A stretch of 63,846 nucleotides of DNA, the filler included, from Licmophora abbreviata (Eukaryota): the NCBI GenBank assembly GCA_900291995.1. It is 17 parts of 17 records of this genome, joined end to end, with 100 filler letters (N's around TTAATTAATTAA, not from the genome) between each part and the next. Parts side by side here need not be neighbours in the genome. Positions count along the whole stretch, not along the records: positions 1 to 1,801 come from OLMU01004773.1; positions 1,902 to 13,485 come from OLMU01004774.1; 15 more parts are not named here. The stretch is one strand, 5' to 3'. A program made the position numbers and the translations under genes. Below, piece by piece: positions 1-11,500 of the stretch. How positions within the stretch are numbered: the stretch's first letter is position 1; every line of letters starts with the position of its first letter. Below the pieces are notes generated by a model, which saw only the letters and a program-made list of their open reading frames with translations, was not told where the DNA came from and searched no databases.

Positions 1-55
1 CTTCTCAAAATGCAATGATTGTTCTGTTGTTTATGAACTCTTTTTCCTGTGCCAG

Positions 56-638
56 TGGACTTCACTATGCTTGACTCTACAAGGTGGATCTAGAACGCTC
101 TACTCAGAGAGACTTGGTACAATGGGATACGCTCTCAACGCGGGTATCGCCGCAATTCTGGCGAAACCTGGCCCTGCCGGAGCGGTGGTTCTTGCCGGCG
201 ACGGGGGGTTCCAAATGACGCTCAACGTAAGCTATTGTTGTGCTATTGAATTTCATTTGTTTAACTTCGTTCGCTTTCCATTTCTTATCTCATCGCTCGC
301 CCGCTTCACCGCAGGAACTATCCACGTTTCAACAAATGAAAAGACCCGGTGACAAGCTTCTGTGCATTGTCTTTGACAACCAAGTATTAGGCCGAGTCGT
401 CTTCGGCTTCAACGACGCGCAAGGCTGTGAGATGATAGGCCCTGATTATGTGGCACTAGCGAAAAGCTATGGAGGCGACGGTGTACGACTTGAAAAGTCA
501 AGCGATGCCGAAATGGTCATCCGAAAGGCGATGGCGACGGAAGGCTTGTTCCTTGTGCACGTGATAGTCGATCCTGCCGTTAAAGCTGATATGGCCACAT
601 TCCACGATAGTTCCATCAAGGTCATGAATTCAGGTTAG
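56..638 (+). CDS. Thiamine-diphosphate-dependent enzyme (acetolactate synthase/pyruvate oxidase-like), 3' part only
   Basis: Exons 56-226 and 315-638 are joined by a GT-AG intron (227-314). They read GTMGYALNAGIAA...GDGGFQMTLN|ELSTF...IVFDNQVLG, the TPP-binding GDG-x(n)-N motif. The 5' exons lie outside the window. Confidence 0.8.
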
Positions 639-873
639 AGAAAAAGGGAAGATTGTTAACATATTATAGCAGAGCTCAGTGAAACTTTGTTCTTGGCGGC
701 AAATCGTGTTCAAACTTTCCGTCGATCTCATCACGAATCCGTAAAAGTTGGTACAAATCGTACGCACGACCGTCTCTTATCTATCGTAGGTAGATCGCTA
801 CTCGGGATTCCAAGTAGTGAACTCCAATTCAAATGTCGTGCACGCGCGCGCCTGTCCTGCCATATGCGCGAGG

Positions 874-3800
874 ATGATGGCGTTTGCCGCCGTGTTGCAC
901 TCCATGTTGTCGCGATGTGCATTGGAGACGATTTGCGTCCTTGAGGAGGTCGAGGAAGGACCAAATTGCAGACACATTCATTTCTTAGGAGCCATGGTGA
1001 CGGCCAAGGAACGATCCGAGGCAGTCCGGCCCACGGAAGCGCAGCTCCGATGGGCTCAATTTCACCACAAGAATCGTGCTCTCGCCGTACAGGAACAAGT
1101 GGAGCGCTTGTATCAAACACCGGCTTTGGTCTCGGATGTTCCAGACGCGCACTCGGATGATGGCTTGACGACAGACGAAGGAAGTTCCGTGGGAAGTTCG
1201 CCGTCGCCCCTTTATCAAGCAAAGAATGAGAGAAGAAGAAGTACTGTGAAACGACGTGAAAGCACCAAGCCCAAGATTTCGAGGGGTCGTCGAGCCTTTT
1301 TGCGAGTATCGAAGCGAGCTTATGAGAAACGACGCGCCGAGATTGTTCAGCGTGGATTTCAGTGCCGCGATGAAGAAGTAGGAGAAGAAGACGACATTGT
1401 GAATGTCTTGTTGGAGGAGGAACCTACCATTTCTACCACTGATACGACCGCCGCAACTTCGACTCAACGAAAAAGACATCGCAAGCGACGGCACACTCTT
1501 CGTCGACCACAGCAAGTCATGGATGATGATGATCGTGTACTTAGGTTTGAAGCTGCTTATCATGCAATGATGATGAATTTGGCTCCGCGGCAGCAACCTG
1601 AAATTATCATGGCGCCTTCCAAACGATGGACTCGTTCTGCTGATACGCCCGTGGCCGTTAGCATCGACGGACGACAGTATGATGACTTGAAGTGGGGATT
1701 TACGAAAAAGCTGGCGCCTGTACATTCTGCGGGGTATGCGGATCCGGCAACTCCGGTGGACCGTCGAGCGTCGTGGCTTGTTCATCTTCCGGAACGACAG
1801 TNNNNNNNNNNNNNNNNNNNNNNNNNNNNNNNNNNNNNNNNNNNNTTAATTAATTAANNNNNNNNNNNNNNNNNNNNNNNNNNNNNNNNNNNNNNNNNNN
1901 NCCCTCTCGACGAGCAGATTCGCTTTTGCCCCGACAGCCGTGGATGCCAATGGACAACCGATTGAGCCGGTCCACGCTCTGTCCTCCGAAGCCCGAATGA
2001 TGATATTGTCTCCTGGAGAAATCAAATTTGATGAACTGGTGGCGACCTTACAGCAGCGAGAGATTGAGCATCAGAGACGGCTCGAGGCTGAAGGAAATGT
2101 TCTGCACAAGCGAAAGACGAGCTCGGCAACCAAGTTTCGCCAGCGGTATACGCGAAAGTACGGCTCGTTGGGCGATCGAGAAGAGACTGTGGAGCGACTT
2201 GAATCACATGCTTCGAAGAAGTCTCCAAGGGTGGGTGCTGGCGAAGAGAATCCGCTTCGAACTAGCCTCGAGTCTCCTTCGTCGGATGCAGAGTCGGAAT
2301 TTTGGAAGTCGGCTCGAAATATGCACGACACCACCACTGCCCCAGAAAGAGACGGTGACTCTCCACGAACCATGAAGCTGCGTACGCCTGCAATCAATTC
2401 GAGGAAGCAGCTCAATCCGCCGTCTGTTGGAAATGCTGCCAGCCTGCACTCTCCCACGACCGAGTCGGACGTCGATTCGGAGTTTTGGACATCAGCGAGA
2501 AATATGCGCGACACTACACCGAATGTGACAGGCACGCCAGAGGCCCTTGGAAGTGCTGATTCTTATCGCCGAGCCGATGATTCACAGACGGAGCGCCGTG
2601 TTGTGACATCCAAGGACGGTCCATCTATCGAATCTCCTGTTGCGGAGTCGCCTGTACAATCTGAACTCTTGCATTCGGAAACAAACGGGCACGATAAGAC
2701 TCCCTCGGTCGACATAGACTCTATTCCAGGCTTTAGTAGCTATTCTGACGAGAAGCCGAAGAGTGGGGGGCAGGAGAAACATCAGCGTCTTTCCTTGAAG
2801 TCGACTGGAAATGGAACTGACGAGCAATCTCGCGGAGATGCAACCCACGATGCTGATTCCGACTTCTGGCAAAACACACGCGATATGGGTAACTCGTTAT
2901 CGCCTCCCTCCCAGATGTCTTCTTCTGACCGATGTAGGAATCCCCACCACGACAAGTTCTTCGAGAAGGGACTTAAGGCAGCGCCTGGTGCACCCGGAGA
3001 ATCTCCAATGACTCAGTCTGTCGCGAGCCCCTCGTCTTACGGTTCGGACCAGTCGGTTGATGGCCCTGATTGCAGTCTATCCTCAACACCAAGGGAGGGT
3101 CAAAGTTACGTCGAAACAAGCAGAAACCGTCACCACAGCAAGTTCGCTCTGAAAGGCTACGCCGGGCCAGGTGCCATTGGGGAAGCACCAACATCTCCAT
3201 CGGAGACGAGCACCACAGTCCCACTAGAATCTTCCTATTCTAGTGTTGTCCCTAATGAAACTCGTCTTTCAACGCCCAAGGATGGAGTCTCGTCCCCCGA
3301 ACTGGACAGAAATCGATATCATGACAAGTTTCTCGAGAACGGTCGCTCAGCACCCAATTGGTTTGGGATGTCCACCCTGGACCAATCTGGAAGGAGCGAT
3401 GAGTTCTCCTCTACCCAGGAGCGAGACCAAGTCGCATCGGAAGAGCCGGTGGCTGCTCCTGTTGCTAGCATCGAAACATCTGGCTTACGCAAAGTAGGTG
3501 CCCGGGTGGGAGGACTGTTCAACAGCGTGTTTGCTGGATCGAAAGCGGACGAGGAGGAAGACCTTCGCGCTGTTGCTGCGTTCAAGAAAATGCATAACGA
3601 TCGGAGAGTGCCAAACGATGATGCCACTTCTGCATCATCGTATAAAATCCTTCCCGAAGGAATTCGACGTGTTGTACAGAATTTTTCTGTGTCCAAAGGC
3701 AAGGACCCTCCCGCAATACACGAGGTGCTCGGCGAGAAAGATACCTTTGCAGGAGTTGACACGGGGAAGACGGCCGATCACGCCGCAGTGTCTCCAGTCC

Positions 3801-6490
3801 GTGCCGGTTCCAGCCGTTCTGATGATGGAGAGTACTCGCCTGAGCATGGCAAAGCGTTTCATCAACGCATTCTGGAGCATTCGGCTTTGATTGGCGACGC
3901 GGACGCTGACCAGACCATTATTGACACGGACGGAGCTAGCCTAGCAAGTGATGACCCGAAGATGGACCCACATCTTGCAGCCAGCTTGTTCCTTTCTCCA
4001 ACAATTCTAACGAAACGGCATCAACAGGCGATTCGAGCCATAGAGCGCCAAAAGTGGGAACAGGTTTCATATCTTGTCAGTGCGAATCCATGGCTAGCCG
4101 AGATGACGGATGTCACGACAGCGCAATATTTGCTTCACAAGCTTGCTCTGTATGGTGGCGGTGTTCCCCTCGTCGATCCTCAAACAGGCGAAGTTTCATA
4201 CACGGAACCTGCCCCAGAGAAGCTCAACCTAGATCTCATTCGCATGTTCCCTTCATCCGTACACAAGTTCGACCAAGATGGCAATCTGCCGCTTCACATG
4301 GCTGCTGTCTCCGGAAACAAACGGATGGTGGAGCTTCTAGGAGAGCGGTTTCCTAGCGGTGCATCGGTCCGCAACAACGAGGGCCTGCTCCCCCTTCATC
4401 TAGCGATTCAAGCTTGTCCATCAGTCGCTGCGGATGGCGACGTTTCAAGCGCCTCAGGCGTCATCAAGGCGATTCTTCGACACTTTCCAGGAGCCGTCGC
4501 TGTCGCTGAGAATGGCGGGAATCTGCCCTTTCATTGCGCCGCATCATCCTTGCATGGGGAGGTGGGAGTAGACGTCGTCTACATGCTGCTTGACGAAGCT
4601 GAGCGGCAAGTCCAGAACGGAACTATCTTTCGTACATCCGACAACAAATTGAAGCGGCCGCTTGGACTCGACGACGATGAGTTTCTCTCAGAAGCTACTG
4701 ATGCAACGGCAACCGTCACCGAATCATCGGCTATGGCCGACGAAGGCGTCTACTGCAGCCTTGTTCGCAACAAGGACGGTCACAATCCTCTTGCGTCAGC
4801 AATACGTGCCCGAGCAGGTTGGGAAATGGTCGAGGCGATAGCCGGTGGCCCTGGCGGGAAACATGCTGCTCTTCAGAGTGACCCCAATATGAACAGCGCG
4901 CTGCATTTATTAGTAAGCAAAGAGTTCGCGGATCCAGCAGCCCTACTATCGGTACTGCGGGTCGCGCCCGCTGCCGCAGCAGGCCGGAATGTTGAAGGGG
5001 TATTGCCCATTGAAGTAAGTGTGTGCGATGCTGATACCACGAGTGCGCTCGACGACTTTCGGTCCTTATCCCGCATTGCCCTATGTGATTAGCTTGCATC
5101 GATGCTCAGGATGCCTCGCGAGATCATCCTGTCGCTGGCACTTGTCGATCTACCGATTGACCTGGAGGAGAAGGAGGGCGTCAAGATCCGCGAGAATTTT
5201 GGAGGGAGTTGGTGGTTCCTGACATGTGAATGTGACGACCATCATCTTGACATTGTTCTCGAAGTGATTGCTTTGTGCTCCTACGAACAAACCCGAGAGT
5301 TGTGCTTCATGAAGGGCACTCCCGCACAGGGCAATGGAACCGTCATATCGAGAGCGACGCCTCGCTGCCGTGATGAACTTCGTAAGGCGCTTCGCTTCCT
5401 TGGGCGCTTCGAGTTTGTGGGCGGCGCTGCAACTGAGTATGATGCCGTGCCGGGTCTCAAGGTCTTTGAAGCGCTTGATTTCGGAGACGAGGAAGACGAC
5501 TACGAGGGTGGCCGGAGGGTTATTCTTCGATGCTACGCTCTGGAGAGCTCATTTATGGGCGAGGTACGTCTTCGTAAATCTGCCAACAGTTCGCTTGTTT
5601 CTAAATCTATCTCACATTTCCTGATCCCCAAAACGCTCTTCTCTGCGTAGACTCTCATGTTGCGAAAATTTGATTTGGACACGAACTTCGTAGAGGAAGC
5701 TTTCGATTTCGCAATATCCGAGTTTGACGACCAATCTCAGGAGTCTGCTCCACAACAGTTCTGCGTTGTTGTGGAACAACCCACCCTCACTCTCGATCAA
5801 GTTGTCGCCGGAATGTTAAAGAATGGCGATTATCGCACCAAGCCTGACATGAGAAACCGCTACTTGAGCAAGGTCAGCATGGTTCTTCGACTCATCGCGA
5901 AGGCTCTGCGTTATCTCCACCAGGAGGGCGTGGTTCACGGCAATGTCCGCCTTGAGACTATCGGAAAATACGAGGATACCTGGAAGCTCGCTGATATGCT
6001 CCGCATGCAGCCGATTGGGGGCAACTTTCACGGCTCGCGCATGGGCGAAGCATCCCCGCCCGAAGCACTGAGCATGAGGCGAGATGTTGTGGAAGGGGCT
6101 TCGTCGTCACGCCAAGTTGCTTTTGTCGGCGACTTAACGACAAGTGCTGCATTTGATATCTGGGGCTTTGGTAAACTTGCGTACGAAGTTTTCACCGGTA
6201 TTCCATTGGTTTCGTTCAATTCTGACGATCCTACCCGTCTGGAAAGGAAGGCTCTTCGTATTATTTTCCAGTGGGGCGAAGACAACCTGCGCGACGTGGT
6301 GGAAAACCTGCGGCAAGCAGGAGTTCCGACGCTTGGCGCGGATCTCATTTCACATTGCCTGTTATCTGACCCCCAACAGCGCCCAGTCGACATGGATGAA
6401 GTTCTCGAACATCCCTTTTGGAGAGATATGCGTCGCCGTAGCGCTCCAAGTCAGTCGCGTGCCGAGCGTCGTCATCCAAATGAGATCTAA
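874..6490 (+). CDS. Large protein: disordered N-terminus, ankyrin repeats and C-terminal degenerate protein-kinase-like domain
   Basis: ORF 874-1801 runs into the gap and an open frame resumes at 1904. Introns at 5015-5092 and 5564-5650. Ankyrin motifs GNLPLHMAA, GLLPLHLAI, GNLPFHCAA. Kinase-like motifs HGNVRLETIG, WKLADM, SPPE, DIWGFG, EHPFW. Joining across the 1802-1901 gap is inferred because there is no overlap. Confidence 0.75.
1802..1901. other. Artificial scaffold spacer N44-TTAATTAATTAA-N44 (first of 16)
   Basis: The same 100-nt linker with six-frame stops starts at 1802, 13486, 16155, 20035, 25312, 26415, 29332, 39026, 40402, 45286, 48189, 51565, 54066, 59932, 61178 and 62490. Confidence 0.98.
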
Positions 6491-6789
6491 AATTCGAGAG
6501 AGTGAGAACATGTGAAAACTGGTTGTCTTTAACGTCCAGAAATATTCTTTACGTACCATAAGATTCGTAATACGCCAAGAAGGCGTTAGCATAGCCCGAT
6601 GTCGAGCATCGCCCGCTACCTAGGGTTTTCAGTTTTCAGTTTTGGATCCCTCGTTCGTGGCTTATAACGTTCAAAACGTGACTCATGACGTCCTGCCCCA
6701 GTCACGTGTGACGTACTCGCCGTCGTCGCGACTCACTCCTCTCTTTTCGAAACAATACATTCCAATTTGTCTCCAAGACAGCCGCCACC

Positions 6790-7755
6790 ATGATCATGTT
6801 CTCCATCTCCATGCTGCCCACGGCCTTTCTGCTGGTCCCATCCAGTGCTTTTATCCCACAGCATACTGTCATGTCGCGACCGGGACTCTCAGTGTTCAGG
6901 TGAGTAGAAATAAAATGTCCATGTTGCAGCAAGAGTCGACTCTTTCTCACAATAATGCTTTCCCCCTGCCGCTCGCTTCTATCATACTGCTGTACCATTA
7001 GCTCATCGTCGACCGCCGTGAGAGCCACATTAGAGGCCATTCTGTTTGACTGTGACGGCGTTCTGGCCGATACAGAGCGCGATGGGCATCGACCGGCCTT
7101 CAACCAAGCCTTCCAGGAAAACGATCTTGATGAAGTGTGGGAAGTGGACCGATACGGCGTCTTGCTGGAAACAGGAGGCGGCAAGGAACGCATGACTGCA
7201 CACTGGAATGAAGTCGGCTGGCCTGATGTAATCCCAGAGGAAAAGCGTAGCGAAAAAGTGAAGGAATTGCACTTGCGCAAGACGGATATTTTCATGGATT
7301 TGATTGATTCGGGAGCGATTCCACTTCGACCCGGTGTATTGAGGCTGGTGGACGAAGCAATGGATGCGGGAGTCAAGCTGGCCGTGTGCTCGACGAGTAA
7401 TGAAAAGGCAGTGTCAAATCTTGTGAAAACATTGATGGGTCCAGAACGCGCCGCCAAGTTTCAAGTGTTTGCAGGAGACATGGTCGAAAAGAAGAAACCC
7501 GCACCGGATGTCTATGACATGGCAGTCGACAAAATGGGACTTGACAAGTCACGGTGTGTGATTGTGGAAGACAGCCACATTGGGCTGGGAGCTGCCATGG
7601 CCTCGGGTGTTAGTTGCATTGTCACGAAAAGTTCTTATACGGCAAACGAAGACTTTACGGGGGCCGGCATGATTGTGGATGAGCTCGGAGACGATCCAGC
7701 GACAGGCGTGACGCTGGAGACGCTGAGCTCACTACTCAAGGTAGAAGCATCATAG
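6790..7755 (+). CDS. cbbY: Plastid-targeted CbbY-like HAD sugar phosphatase
   Basis: Exon 1 (6790-6899) reads MIMFSISMLPTAFLLVPSSA-FIP, a signal peptide plus ASAFAP-like motif. Intron 6900-7001. Exon 2 has FDCDGVLADTERDGHRPAFN, TGGGKERM, KKKPAPDVY and VEDSHIG, typical of CbbY. Confidence 0.9.
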
Positions 7756-8588
7756 GAGCATGTTATTGTGTATTTTCAAACGATCCACTCGTTCGAACTG
7801 TGCGAAAGACTGAGAAGAGGCACAAGTAGCTACTACGAATTCGTAGTAACCGACTCCGCTTAGGATGGAACGCCTAACCCTTCCGATTGAATGAGCCGAC
7901 CAGTTGTGGAATAAACTCACTATTCCTACATGAGGACGGGCCGAATATCAGCCCCGCCCAACGGAGAGCGGGCACTCCTCGGTACTTACACACGTTGACA
8001 TCATTGGCCGACAGGCTGTTCTTCCGTTGATGCGGTCGTAACCGGCGATGCATCTCTAGCGTCCACGTTTGACGAGGTCATCTACGAGCTATTTATATTA
8101 CACTCTTTGGTATGAATCAAAGGTCGAGGCAGTGGACACATAACTCCAGCGCTAGGGATTTCATACTTTCAAGATTCAAACCTAAATTCGTTTATTCAGC
8201 GGCCAATACTACGAATGGTCTCAAGTTTCTGTTATGTTTTTCACGTAGAGTTCTACGTGTGACGGTATCCAAAGCGTTCAAGCCGCGCGCCAGGTTCACT
8301 CCGGAGACGACCGCAACGCAAGGCAGGCAGGCACCCCACGGCCTCGAACACAACTAGAAAGCCAACGATCACATCGTGGGGCTCCTGTTGCCACAAAAAT
8401 CAACGAGAAGCCTCCTTCCGCTGGCATTCGTCGCATCGTAGCAACTCTCGAGTCCAAGTGAAGTACTCTTGTGACTCAGCGAAACGGAAATTGCGAAAGA
8501 ATTGACGAAACGGGAGTCAGAATCGCCTCGTCTTCACCGGCTCGAGCGTGATTGCGCATAGACAAACTCCTGTCGAGACGATCTTACC

Positions 8589-11500
8589 ATGGAGCTCGGG
8601 GCGCACGTTTGGTTGCGTCGCGAGACGTCCCACTGGGGATGGGTGCCCGCTCTCATTACTAAGAAGGATACCGTCGAAGTGCAGAGCATCAAAATGATCA
8701 ATTTGACCCTCAACGACGATCCTCACTTGGAAGCCACCATGGAGAACGAGAGTCACCAGATGAACTATTATGCCGACCAAGAACTCTTCGAAGTCGTCAT
8801 AACGGTCGATCCAGAGCAGCTCAAGACCGCTGATCATCCTGATATCAAGCTACGGAATCTGTCTACGTCCTACCAGCTGTCGGGAGAGGATCCGGAAGCC
8901 GGTGTCGTGACGAGTCCGTCGACACGAGTGGACAGCTCTGTGGTGGGAGGCGTGGACGATCTCATTGGACTGACGCATCTTCACGAGCCTGCCATTCTGC
9001 ATGCATTGCGCCTGCGATACGACGCCGATATCATCTACACTGCGACAGGACCCATTCTGATCGCCGTGAACCCCTTCAAGCCGATGGGACTCTACTCGGA
9101 CGACATGATGGAGCGATACCGTCTTCAAGGTGAACAGGGCGTTGGCGCAAGCAAGGGATCGAACTCGACCTTCATGACACCCTTCAAGCGTCGACAACAG
9201 CTTCAGCCACGTGACTCGTCTCGATTGTCGCCGCATGTCTACCAGACGGCCGACGATGCCTACCGTGCAATGCTACGTGGACTCGAGAACAAGGCTCTCA
9301 TGGCCAAGCCGCGCCGCGAGCTCCATCGCGGCGAGAGTCAAATTGAAGCCTTGTCATTTGGCTCTCCCACGAACCAGTCCATTCTCGTGTCAGGAGAGAG
9401 TGGTGCCGGCAAGACCGTCACGACCAAGATCGTCTTGAACTACTTTGCCATGCTCTCCAAGAAGCGCGCGGAGGAAGACAGTCGCAACACGCCCAGTCGA
9501 TTGTCGCCGGGCAAGCAGACGAAGAAATCGTCTCGTCGATCGATGGCGGAAGAGGATATCAGCATTGAGCAGCAGGTCTTGCAGAGCAACCCTATCCTTG
9601 AATCTTTTGGAAATGCTCGTACTATTCGCAATGACAACTCGTCTCGATTCGGTAAATACATTGACATTGCTTTTACGCCCTCTGGCAAGCTATCTGGTGC
9701 ATCGATCGAAACATATCTGTTGGAGAAGGTCCGACTGATTCATCCATCTCTGGGAGAGCGAAATTATCACGTCTTTTATCAGTTCTTGGCAAGTGCGACG
9801 AGCAAGGAACGTCGCGAGTTTTATCTGGACCAAATGAGCTTCGACGACTTCAGACTCTTGTCGAGTGGCACCTACGACCGACGTGATGGCGTGAGCGACG
9901 AAGACAATCATCAGGAAATGTTGGATGCCATGGTACGTTCTGGTGCAGTTCGGTTGTAGCGGCGATCTCACGTTGATTTGGTGCTGACTCATTTCTTCTT
10001 CTCTCTCGCTCAATCTTCAGATTACAATTGGGTTCACTCCGGAGACGATTCAGTCATTGATGCAGCTCGTGGTGGGCGTCTTGTTCGCTGGCAACATGAC
10101 GTTCACGCCATCACCGGATGGAGAAGCATGTACTCTTGATGAGACCGACGCTGCCTACAAGGCTGCCGCCCTACTCGGCGTTTCCTTCGAGGGTTTGGCC
10201 GCATCCCTTACGGAACGCGTCATTCTCGCTGGCAGTGAGATTCTGCACAAGCCCCTTCACATCAACGAGTCCACCAAGGCGTGCGAAGCCCTCGTCAAGG
10301 CTGTCTATGGTGCCGCCTTCGACTTCATCGTCGAGAAGGTGAACGATAGCATCGTGGAGGACACTGCTCAGAACGGCAAGTCGGTTGCGTCCATTGGAGT
10401 TCTTGACATTTTCGGCTTTGAAACGTTCGAGATGAACAATTTTGAACAGATATGTATCAACTATACCAACGAGGCGTTGCAGCAACAGTTCAACAAATAC
10501 GTCTTCAAGCTGGAACAGAAAGAGTACGAGAAGGAAGGCATCCTCTGGAAGTTCATTTCGTTCCCTGACAACCAGAATGTGCTTGATCTAATCGACGAGA
10601 AGCACACTGGTATCATGTCTCTCCTGGATGAGCAGTGTATCCTCCCCAAGAGCAATGATGAGAAGTTCACGCGCTACCTGTACGCGCGGTGCGACAAGCA
10701 CCCCCGATTCCACGCCACGTCCTCCCAGCGCGTTGACTACAAGTTCAGTATCGAGCACTACGCTGGATACGTCGAGTACACCACTGACGGGTGGCTGGAA
10801 AAGAACAAAGATCAACTTCCTGCCGCATCTGCTGAACTGTTGTCGTCGTCCAACTTTGCCCTCATCCCTGAAATCCAGCGCTTCGTGCGAACGGAGGACC
10901 GCGCGGGTCGAGGTACCGTCGCCACCAAGTCAGTCGGTGCCCAGTTCTCGACTCAACTGCGGACCCTTCGTGCCCGGATCGACACGACTGTACCTCACTA
11001 TATTCGTTGCTTGAAGCCGAACGATGATTTGGTGCCGGACTATTTCGAACCGAAGAACATTGTGGAGCAACTACGTTGCGGTGGTGTTTTGGAGGCCGTT
11101 CGTGTGAGCCGTGCCGGATATCCGACGCGTTACCCACACGACGTGTTTATGGCTCGGTACTACATCTTGGGCGATTACAAGGACACCTCGCCGCAGTCGC
11201 CTATTTTCACGCCGGAAAAGTTCACTGAGCGTGATTCTAGCCTGAAGCGCCTAGTGGCCAAGATTGCTTACGACTTGTGGTTAGCTGATCACCAGATTAT
11301 GATGGCGCACATGGAAATGGAGAAGCTGAGACAGCAGAACGCGTACTTGTCGCCAAAGCATCAGAACGTAAGTTGAGCTGATACCATTCTGCCCAATGTT
11401 TGACTCTCTCTCATTTTTCACGGGTTTCTCCTTTCTATTCATCAGGGTAACAACGTTCTGTATGCAGGCAGAACCAACATGAAGCCGCTTTACAACAAGG

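Noticed and set aside
1846..1857. Recurrent TTAATTAATTAA as a biological repeat or CRISPR-like array
   Set aside because: It is always centred in a 100-nt N block. It is an artificial six-frame-stop scaffolding linker, and ORFs ending in XXX-LIN are artefacts.
6702..7457. Long antisense and alternative-frame ORFs (e.g. 6702-7457, 985-1785, 13530-14318, 18246-18845)
   Set aside because: These are shadows of well-supported genes on the other strand or frame, with no recognisable motifs.
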